64,000 bases of DNA, taken from NCBI GenBank assembly GCA_002633005.1, contig NMRA01000211.1, forward strand, positions 226,262 to 290,261, read 5' to 3'. The notes under the pieces were generated by a model. That model was not told the origin of the DNA and ran no database searches. It worked only from the letters and a program-made list of their open reading frames with translations. Source of the DNA: Phoronis australis. Lineage: Eukaryota > Animalia > Phoronida. The position numbers and the translations under genes were made by a program. The number at the start of each line of letters is the position of its first letter. The stretch's first letter is position 1. Below are positions 24,001 to 36,000 of this stretch, in pieces.

Positions 24001-27000
24001 ATGAAGATTTTTGGATGGATCTGACAACTCCTGTACCTCCTCCTTAAGGAGCAATTTGATGTTTTTACGATTGCGTCTGTGTCTTTAGAGTTCCTTAAAT
24101 CTTTATTATGAAATTTCCCAAATAGCCTTCTGCTAGGAGATGACGATTGCGGTGTTCCCATTTTTTATGGGTTCAATGTATTCTGTGTCATCTAGTGGCC
24201 ATTTTTATGATACTAATGCATATCCCTAGAATCATATCATTTATGGTGCAGCCATGGGTGCATTTCAACATTTTGCATTGTTCTCATTTATAAATTGTGT
24301 AGTGGTCGATGTAAGAGATTCACACAAAAATTTCAATGTCTCGAGATGTTCCTGACAACTTTTGCATACCAAACTTAGGGTCAAGCGATGATGCTTTTGA
24401 ATTCCCATAATCCTGAAGAGTAAGTGAAATGTTTTCAATAAAGAAGCCCTCAATTGGCACATTGTTAGGTTGCTTTAATGTTTATGCATTTGTATTCACT
24501 GGCACTGAAGAGCTGAGTTGCAAAACATACCCTTAAACTGTACTCTTGCCCATGGCGAAGGTCGCAAGCTGGTCGCATAGATTGGCGTATCCGGCCATTG
24601 TTCTCTTTGCTTTTCTTTGTTACAATAAAGATAATGGCAAGCATTTATCGGTAACACTACAGGCTGATGTGCACCCAAGGTACGATATCCATGTGACCTG
24701 AATTGTTATATCCAACAAAGACACAACAAAGAAAAACAGTAGTAGCGTCTCTTAGGTGATGACCATGCCATACGCTTAAGCCCGTCGCCTGGATGTCACA
24801 AATTAAAGAATATCTTGCGACCTCCATGAGGCGTCATTTGGCATGGGTAACAAAAATTAGTTGACAGGTTACCATCACAGAGTCTCTTTTATTACGTGCA
24901 TGAAAGCAATACAAACATGTTTGTAATTGCATGCATGCAGCATTTTTATGAAAATTATGATTTTTTATGAAGACCACATTATATTTCACAGTTTTGTTGC
25001 CCAAAATCAAGACTTCGGTTTTATAAGAAATGTTGATGTTTTCATTTTTAACAACTGCTTAGGCTAAAAGGCCTTAAAAGAAAAATCCTAGCTGTAGCTG
25101 ATGGCTAAAATGAATAAACAGTTTGCAACTTTTATTGAGGACAAATAAAACAACACAAGACCAGTGCTACCATCAGACTAGATAGGTACTAACTAGGAGT
25201 TGGATATGAAGCTTGAACCGGTGTAGAATATTTGCCCAAATAATAGGATTTATGTCAGAGTGCTGTAAATCTCATTATACAAAAAATCTAGTTTGTAGAA
25301 ATTCCAGTGATCTCATTGAAAATTACATTTTTAGAAAAAACGCAGTCACATGATCATAAACGTCTGGGTGTTATTTTTAGCAAGTGATAAGATTCTGTAA
25401 TTATCAAGGTTTTAAAAAAAATTTATAGAGGTTTTCATGCTGAAGATCTATATGAAAGTTTTCATATTGGTCCTGTATATTTCATGACGATTTCATGAGT
25501 TTAGATGGACAACCTGTATTTTTTCTAACGGTCATAAGCTTTCCCAATTTTTCATGGCATTCTAATATTCATGATCATATTTCAGCTTTTGTCATAAAGC
25601 ATTAAGTTTATAATCGGTGATTATCATTGTTATTATGTATTAATGTTATTATTGTTTTTGCCACAGTAACTAACATTTTATTGTCATTTTTGTTATTATA
25701 ATTATACCACTGAATGTTTTTCCCTACAGGAGATTTCGTTGGACATATGTTTCCATGCTGTTTGATGACACAAACTACGGAGAAAAACTCAGTGGTGAAT
25801 TTCAAAAGTTCGCTGAGAGAAATGGTATCTGTTTGGCTGTTCAGCGAAGGATTTCGGTTGGCCCTTTGTCGAATAGAACCAAACGTTTTGATGAACTCTT
25901 CAGAGACATACAAGCAAAACCAGACGCCAAAGGTAACATGGATGTACCGCTCAGCATTACTGTAATTCTTGTCTGATTTGGCACAAAAATAATTGTGAAA
26001 ATTGCCACTCATCCATTTTCCATAGGCAAATAATGGCAAATTTAGCAAAAGTTGTTTTACAATACCTACACAGCACAAACCATGCTAGTTTTAGACAATC
26101 ACACATTTTCTTTTTTTAAAGAATATTGAGTTGCTTATGCTGTATTTATTACCTATGACAATTGCAGAGATAAGTCATCCACTTTCATGACCATCCTTGT
26201 TGGCAATCTGTGGTTCTAAATGCGACCAATAATAATTTAAAAAACTATAACAGATATTTTTGGGATTTCATCTTGAACATTTATATCAAACAGAATTTGA
26301 TTGTGTAATTGATATCATTGTTTTGCTGTGAATGTACTTTTCTGTTTGACTTAAGTGCTGTTTACACTACATAAGTTGACACCGATCACCTGAAATGGAA
26401 CGAGATGTTCTTAGTGCAAGTATGTAAACAGGACTGACCTGGAGCAAACTGACACTGCACTGACAACTTTTGCTACCCGTTCGTGAGGTAGAGCAAGATT
26501 GCTCCGTGTCAATTATATGTCTAAACGCAAAACTGGGGCAAGGCAGAAATTATCATCTCTACTGCGCTTGTGCAATGACCTACATACGGGTTCTCTGTCT
26601 CTGCAACTCCCTCCATTTGTAAACCTGCACATGTGCATTCCACTCTCCAGCCTACAACTTTCGTCTTGCCACAGTTAGTGAGTTGTGTGTGTAAATGGCC
26701 GCTTGACACCAATCAATTTGCTCTGTGTCAGTTGCGCTGGGCCTAAAGTTGATGTCTAAATGGGACTTATATGTTAATAAAAAAAATGGTCACGTGATCC
26801 AAACTGTGACAGAGTGATTTTAAGTCAAAAATGAAATTCTTCGTGCTTCCATAGTTTCAGAAAATATGTTATTTTACTAATAAAGTTCAAATCTATAGTT
26901 GTGTAGTCAGCTGAATACACTGATTTGTCAATGAGGTCCTACATAACCTCACTATGATAATACTTGTGCCTCATGCGTTCACAATACAGCTGTGTAGCAC

Positions 27001-30000
27001 TCCATTTTGAGAACTGGAAGACAAAATATGTAACGTTATGCATTTAATATGTGAAATCAATACATGTTTATCTGTCAAGGTTTCCATTGAGTTTTGAATG
27101 ATTTAGATTTGGCACTGCATTGTGATTTTGGTTATATTATTTTATTGAATTATCTTTAATGTAACATCAAACATGAGCATTTTAATCTGACAAATGTCCA
27201 CTAATAGGTACTTAATGCATCCTGAAGCTTTCAAATATCCATGATTTGAACATCATCAATGAGTAGTTGTGTTTTATGGCACTTACCTCACTAGAGATTG
27301 ATATGGTGAATTGAGGTTTTAATAACGTCCAATGCTCTTTAGACTTTTTTGTTTTTGTCAGTTTTTACATCTGTTTCCGTGGTCATGGAACCATATTTCC
27401 TTAACATGACTTATATAAGTTGTGTTTAAAAATTACACCACACTTACCTGGATCACCTTCAGACAGCGCCTTACCCTTTGTATTTTCAATGCTATAAACC
27501 TAATCTGGTGGAAACAAGGCCCAATACTTTGAAACAAAGGTTCACAGACTGTGTTATCTTGGGCATGTCTTTATGAATAGGTTTGACTTGCTGCTTGGCT
27601 AGGGTAAGGCAACTCCCCTAGGCTAGTCTTGGTGTAGCAAGGTCTGTAAATGCTAATATGCCATGATGTTGAAACACATATGCAGGGATATTGAGAATTT
27701 GGGCCAATTCTGAATGCTAGGCATAGTGTGTCCTAAACCACAATTTCGCTTCCAAACCATCAGAATTTAGTTCGCAAAGGAAAGTAGAACTATTCAGGGA
27801 TGCGCATTAATACAACCATACTGAGGTAGAAAAAAATTAAATAGAAAACGAAGAAATAATTTGCTGGGAAATGGTACTAATGGTTTGTTTCACAGTTTCT
27901 CAGAAAACCACCTCACCTAAGCCATGTACAGTATGTTTGACTGGCTTGCTGACCACACAACCATTTCATGTCAAGTTGCGTGTTGCTGTAGTCAATAGAG
28001 TTAGTGATGTGGAGGGGTACTCCCATAGAAGATGTATATGAGACAAACCGCTCAAATGGATGATTTTTTCATGACCAGCTTATCTTCATAAGGGTGTCTT
28101 TTCTGACGAAATTGCCTGTGCATTTTTTAATTCAGTTCCCTTCAAAATGATTAACTTTGGGAGATTGAAACTCCTCAAAAGGGCAAAATTTCGAACTAGA
28201 AAAATTTACAGAATTTTCAATGTTCACGGGTGAGAAACAACATGNNNNNNNNNNNNNNNNNNNNNNNNNNNNNNNNNNNNNNNNNNNNNNNNNNNNNNNN
28301 NNNNNNNNNNNNNNNNNNNNNNNNNNNNNNNNNNNNNNNNNNNNNNNNNNNNNNNNNNNNNNNNNNNNNNNNNNNNNNNNNNNNNNNNNNNNNNNNNNNN
28401 NNNNNNNNNNNNNNNNNNNNNNNNNNNNNNNNNNNNNNNNNNNNNNNNNNNNNNNNNNNNNNNNNNNNNNNNNNNNNNNNNNNNNNNNNNNNNNNNNNNN
28501 NNNNNNNNNNNNNNNNNNNNNNNNNNNNNNNNNNNNNNNNNNNNNNNNNNNNNNNNNNNNNNNNNNNNNNNNNNNNNNCCCCCGTGAATGACTGGCATCC
28601 ACCCCCTCCCCGATTTAATTAGATGCAAATAATTGATTTACAGCCACTTTTGATGACATAAAAGCCATAACAACTCCTTGAAAGAGAAATCTGGTGTCTT
28701 GTGCAAATTAACCCAGTTGATAACAACAGCAAGACCTGGATTCTTGACTTAATTTCTTTTGTACATAGATTGAATACCAACATGACCTGTGTTACATGAG
28801 CACCAAAGTTGTTCTGAGATGACAAAGCTGTCCAATTATACTCCTCACATAGTTAATATTATTGCCATGGGCATTGTAGAACACATTATAATGAGCTCAT
28901 TCTTCCAGGTTAAGTAATTAATTTTCTAACAAACAACTTTGGTGAGGTTGAAAGTGAATGCAATGTGTCACCTACTTAAGGCAGAAAGTGTTGGCTATAT
29001 TCAACATAAGGAGGGTTGGGCCCTACCAAAGCAGTGCTGGCTGACCGTCTATAGAACATGTAGAACACACAGATCTTAAGGAAGATAGCCTGAGATTCTG
29101 CGACCTAAGAGGAAGAGTCATGTGTTATTCCCATGACAGCAATACTAAAGGGGACTGCAAGCAGGGGCTAGACCCGGGTCTGGTCTCCCTGGATCCCTCT
29201 CGCACTCCGTGCTAGCCGCACATTCATTGCCCCACAAGATGGTAGTAATTTTCAAAGCAAGATAGGCTCCTTGTTATCCATGGTACTCTACAAGCTCAGC
29301 ATTAGAAGCCCATAAACTGCTGCAAAGCTGTGTAATCAGCTTATCTGGACAGTGTAATATTGGTTTCTGCTGAAATGAATATATCAGGGACTACTTCTGT
29401 TACCCACAGCTCTATCTTATAATTCAAGTGGGATGGAAGGAGCAGGACTTTCTGAAACATCCAGAGTACGATTTCAAACTGATTTTATGAAATTTTAGAA
29501 TTTCAGAAGATCTTTAGAATGAAATAGTCTGTGAAAGTAAAATTCATACTGGTGCAATGCAACTTTTACATGCCTGTGTAATCACGCTAAAATGTCCAAA
29601 ATCACTAAAACAGTTCCAAGTGTGAAATGTGATGATACGCAATGAACTCAATTCACTTGTTAGTTAAAAGGGTACCAAACCCGGATTTGGCCTAGTAACA
29701 GATATTGAAAGTGGTGTTCCCATCTAGTTCTCTGTGCTCTCACGTGTTTTGAGCAAATTTCTTACTCAAGTCTTTTAAACGGGCAAGCATGACCTATGCT
29801 TTAGGTGAGTTACACAACAAATTTAAGGGAAAACCACCCACTTAACCATAATAGCCTATCTAGGACAAAGAAAGTACGAGTTTGAAACCTGCTTTTGTTA
29901 CGCTCCTGTGCTGTAGGGTGAGTTTCCCGATTTCACTGATGGGAACTCTGGTTATATATATGGCCGTGTCATTATCAGTTTGACATTGATAACAAGGGGA

Positions 30001-33000
30001 GAAAGTTGGCAAACCAATGTTTATAGTCCAGTGCTCACATTGTCTGTGTTCATCTGATAGGCCTAAGCTCAATTCAGCAATTGTAAACAATGTGCTTGAT
30101 GCTAACCGTTAGTTAATGTGGCAACAAATGTCATGAAGATGGTGTGTTTTGTATGAAGTACTATCACCAGACAAACTTTGAATGAATGCAGAATTAAACA
30201 GTTCACTTTCTGAGAAATTAGAACTAATGTTCACCTGCTGATTGCTTTGTGGAACTGTATACAGCTCTCACCCACTTACTACCACAGCATTGTGTACCAG
30301 CGCAATAGGCTTCTTTGTCAAGTTTAATCAAATGTGATACTAGATCAGATCATATGATGTTGGAAATTTCTTGGTTTTATCAGTCCAGGGGAATGGTATG
30401 TATCACTCTAGTGGGATCCCAATGATGCATTAGCACTTGTGACTGAACGAGGATTGGTTAAATCACAAAACAGGAATTAGTATCCTTTTAAGTATGTGAA
30501 TATTTCCCTTGTGCAAGTATCTCTCACCTTCTCTAATAGCTGAAGTGGTACTCTTTGCCATTGACATGCACCTGAGTACTGGTAGTGCAACCATATACAA
30601 ACAATAAAACCTTTGAGACATTCCTGCTGTGGAAAAGACACAATTGTAATGTGAGAAGGGACCTTTTTGATCTTGCACCACATCTGTCAAAAGTATTCAG
30701 ACAAAATGACCCAGAATTCCCTGTCATGATGCCTGGAGGAAAGTGAATTCATTGTCAGACTTAAATCTTCCCTTATGGCCAAGAATCAACTGAAGGGAAT
30801 TATCTGGAAAGTTAGTAACGTGGCTAGGCCATTCCGCAGTTAGTCTGCCACAGTAATGTTACCAGTCAGTTTTGCTGCTACCAGAACTAGCCATGACATG
30901 ATGGGGGAAATGATACTTGTCTGTGCTTTCAGTCTAGGTTAACTTTACAATTTTGCCTTGTTCTAATTTTCAGCTGTTGTTCTCTTGACGTATAGAAACA
31001 CAGCACAGGAGCTGTTCCAGGCTGCAAAGCGTGCCAATTCAGAAGGAAAGTTTGTCTACATTGGAAGTGATGGTTGGAGCGGAAGAATGTTTCCCTCTGA
31101 ACTTGATGACATTATTATGGGTGCCATCACTGTTCAGCCACTTTCCAGAGTGCTGCCTGGGTTTGATGACTACTTTCTAAGGTGATTAAACAAATTTTTA
31201 CGTACTAACAATTAGTATCGTATGTGCATGTATTTAGGCCCATGGGCCTATATCCGAAATAATGCAATTGTCCAAGGAAAAAAATTTCTCTGGATTTCAC
31301 GTGTAAGGGGATATGCTTAAATGTTCATTTAAAGGCTCAGGTGTGTGTATGTCTCCAACTGTGTAGTCTGTCTGTTCTTAATACTTCTGTAAAGAAAGGG
31401 AATATGGTAGTCTTACGCAAAAATAATTGCCAATAACGTTGCCATTTTTTATGCGCCCACATATTTATATGTGGACGCATTATGCCGTCATCTCCGTCCG
31501 TCCGTTCGTCCGTCCCAGGCGGCGTCCGTCCGGCGTCCGCTGCTTTATCTCCAAAACCGTTTGACATACATTCATGAAATTTGACACATATGTTCCATTT
31601 ATGAATGGGACGGCATGTGCGAACTTTCGGACGGATCCGACTACCGGTGTGCCCCCTAGTGGCAATTTTAGTTTTTTACGCTTACCTTTGTATCTTCAAA
31701 AGTCCTGAACGGATTTTCATGAAATTTGGTTTGTAGGCACCTATTAGTGAGATGACGCTATCCTCCCATTTTCAGATGGATTTGACATAGTTTGCACCAC
31801 CTAGTGGCCATTTTTAGTGTTTTCGAGTCTGTTTTTGTGCGTCCACCCCTCTATCAACCAAACCGCTCAAAGGATGATTGTGAAAATTGGCATGTATNAT
31901 TGTCATTTATTATGACGTAAATAGATAAAACTAACTAAGACTCTGCAAGATGGGCATGGACAAAACGCAAAACAAAGAACTGCCTGAAGGGCTTAAAGGA
32001 AAAGTACAGAACATGAACACAAAACTTGAAAAAACCTAACAGGAAATGTATATGAGCAAAGATAAAGTGGAACCGACACCCGGGATGGGGGGGTGGGGAA
32101 AAAATGAAGAGAACGAACGTAGGTCTTGTAGACGACGAGGTAGGTGGCTGAATGAGAGACCACGTTGAACTGAACAAAGGAAATATGGGCGACCATTCAG
32201 GAGTCGCGTAGAGAAACGTATGAATAGAAAAGTAGGCCCTTGAGGCTATAAATAGAGATGAGTAATGCAAAATAAACCCTAAGGACTAGTATCAAAATAA
32301 AGAGACAAGTGTCAAAATAATGACCATAAATGCATTTAACAAGTTAATTTTAATTTATCGTAATCTATTTTGCCCGGGGTACGCAGAGTAAAAAGAGAGG
32401 AGGATTGGGAATATTGTCATTTATTAAATTAACAAGTACACCCAGCACAAACCCAGCTAATAATAGATCAAAATAATCTCCTTTATTGCGAAATTTTCAA
32501 ATTAAACTAAATTTCACTCATCCGCCATGATATGGGCTAAATTGGTGAAGAATATGGTGCTGTAGTAAATGTTACCATACTCGTCTGGGTTTGCGGCCAT
32601 GCTCAGCTTACACCCACCCCTGTTTGTACGATCATTTCACTTCTTTGAATTAGTAACCATGTCTTTGTGAATTCCTGTGAATTTTAGCTCAAATATGAAA
32701 CAGTCTCACCAGACCTTTGAGTAACAAACTGTCAGAGTTTAGCAGGACCTTGCTGTTATTCTCTTACTATGTTTTATTTAAGTCTTGGAGTGTATGTGAG
32801 TGCAAGGCATTTACCTGAATCGAATCATTCAGGTAAATGCTAATTCTCTGCTGCGAATCATCCCTGTTTTTGTGTTACCCAATTAATATGTGAAGGGTAT
32901 TATTTTGCAGCAGAAAACGGTAAATTGAATACAAGTCATGTCAACAGAGCCATATTGAAACATATGTTAGAAATTACTTCAGATTTGGCACATGTACCTA

Positions 33001-36000
33001 TGATAAAGTGCCACCAATTTAGGAAAAAATATAACTTGACAAGTGAAATTTTATGTTCTCATTTTTGATAAAAGATAAGGAGCGACAAATTAATGTTACA
33101 CCATTTTAAAAATCTATGAGGGAGAACAACCTTCAGGCAATGTTCCTGTGAAATTGGATGTTCAAAACGATATTAGAAGCTTTGAGAAAAATGAAAAGAC
33201 CAATTTGGCAATTAATTTTGTGCAAAATTTGTGAGATTTTACCGTAATTCCAGATATTGTAGACGCAGCATCACGTCCACACGAGCCTAAATACCCGCAT
33301 GTAGGGTAGTGTTTCTACTGTAGCCCTAGCTTCATATCCACATTAGCCTAAATACCAGCATATAGGGTAGTTTATTACTGTACTATAGTAATTTCCAGGT
33401 TCTATCCAATACAAAAGCAATCACCTATATTTGTTCAGCTATTCATGTATGTGGAAGACTACTTGTAAGACAAATTGTATTGTCTGGAAATTCAGTGTTA
33501 GTATTGGAACACAGCTGCATTTAAAAGTGTCTGAGATATTGAATTTCAAACTTTTGCTTTTAATGGGTGCAATCAAGTATGATAATAATTACAAAAGAAA
33601 AGCCAAGGTAATGAAGACCTTGTCTATAAGCAATGTTGCTATGGCAAAAATATTAGTATAGGAGCTTGAAATTCACAAAAGGCCCTTTCATATTTACTTA
33701 ACTCTGGTCTTAGCCGAGGGTCCATGTAAACAGTTAATTTACTAGTAACTGGACCCTTCATACTGGCTTCGGTAGTTAACGAACATCAAAGTTAACTGAA
33801 GCTGTGAACTGCGATTCTGAGGACCGGAGTTAAGCATTCATACTGACCGCAAATTCCCAAACCATTGACGCGTCCGTCGACATTAGTATGTAAGGCCCTT
33901 AAGTGGTGCTGATGAGATAACAATCATACTAGTACAGGGCCTTGTCACACTAACTTGTTATGGTAATGTCTGAATCCAACTGTACATTTTGATGAAACAG
34001 GTTGGGGACAAGCAGAAAGGGGCAATTGTCATAAAAACATGCTTCAGATGTTTCTCGCTCTTATTGTACAACATTTTCGACCATAATCAGTTTCCACTGA
34101 TTTTTCTCCCATTTTCGAAATCCTACTGGGAACTTCTTTGAGGTAATTTACAAATGTTTTCATGCTGATGCCGGAACAACTTCCTGTTTCCTTGGCCTTC
34201 CCAAATTTAAGATTTCCGTTCACTGATCATTCACCTCGATGTTATGTTCTTATTTTTGAGTAAATAAGAAAATATTACATTTGCAGCTATTTTCAACAAT
34301 TTTAAGAAATGCATTGTGAAAACTGAGAGCAAGCTGTAGAGTACACCATAACAACAGGTTGCATGATTGTTTGAAACATTTTAAAATCTTGTATCTGCCA
34401 ATAACAATTTGCTTCACGGAATTCTAGTTTAACACCAGAAACCATGTCATCTTCACGGAATCCTTGGTTCCATGAGTACTGGGAAAGCACATTTGGCTGC
34501 ACATTTGGAAACACGTCCCATAAAAGACCTCCATGTACTGGCAAGGAGAACCCTAGAACAAGTAAGTTTTGGCACTTGTTTAATAATTCTTTATCTCAGT
34601 TGCAGCTGTTACAAAATACATGGGATAAAATAGTAACAGGTTGTTGTGTGAACTACTTGTCTTGTAGCCCATTTTAAAGCAGTGAAATGAGATATAAAAG
34701 AGCCATTGAAACCAGATAATCGATGATTTCTTATAACTTGAACAGTAAGCGTATGTTTTTGAGAGTACTTTTGCTACATTTATAACAGTATGAAGGTCTT
34801 TGATATGAAAAACCCCCAGCGGTCTTTAAAGTTTATTTTTACACCAAGAAAGAAATGCTCGGTTTAACATTTGCCAAATGTGTCATGTAGAAAAACATTT
34901 TGTTATTGGCTGAAATACAAGAGGAATGTGTATTTGTCAGGTTTTTTTGATTTTAGATAAAAAATGTTTCAAACGAGGTTACAATATGGCCTGTAACCTT
35001 ACGGTAAAATATCACCAGGTTTGAGCAAAACTAATTGCGAAAATTGCCTATTTTCATGTTCCAGGGGCTTCTAACACTGTTGCGAATGCCCAGTTTTTAA
35101 AAATGATTGTCCGGTTTTAGGTATGGCTCAGACCTTGAACATGGAAAAGCATTGTTTTAGCACTACATATCTTTAATGGAAAAATGAGGAAATATTCATG
35201 TTGTGTCCTAAGATTTCTGGTACTGTAATTCAATCAAATTTAGTCAAAAGGAATAAAAACTTCCTGAATTAGAACCAAAATCGTGCTTATCAATTTTTGC
35301 TGTCTTCAGAACTATGGCCAATAAGAGTAACATGCTTAGAACAAATGTCAGGTTGCTTTGATATAAGTTCATTAGCAATGATACTAGAGATATTAATTAA
35401 GCAAATTAATATCCGCCTTTCTTAAAATCATTACCTGTTATGAAAGACCAGGTGCTGCTGCTGGAAATCAGTTAAGTATTCTTTTGTGTACTAATCATTT
35501 TGGTCATCTCTGCATATGTAATTGTGTTAAATGGTACATAAATCAAGAGTTAAAGAAGAGATTTGCATCAAATGAAAATCACAACAACTCTTTTGAATAC
35601 AGTATTCATGAAGAGATGGATTAATGAAAATAACCAGAATGAGGTTGGCAATTGACATTGTTAACAATATGTTGGACCTTGTTGAAAATTATGCATGTCT
35701 AGCCAAATATCTACTTAACCATATATCAATTTTAACTTAGTAAAAAATGAAATATATTTTTCCTGAAATTATAAATTTTTTGTCATTAATTGGGTCATTT
35801 GACCATGTCTTTTTAGCAAAATATAGCACTAAGGTACATTGATAAGAAAACAATGCTATAGATACCATGATTAAATTATATGAGACATAGATGTTCACGT
35901 TGAGATGAAAATCCGTAAGTCCTACTTTTGATAGTTACTCATGCATTCCTATTAGTATTTTGGAGAACAATACATGAAGCATTTAAGTATCTGAAAGTTT

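Noticed and set aside
28132-28628. ORFs of 123-156 aa in the ORF track
   Set aside because: They are translations through the N gap.
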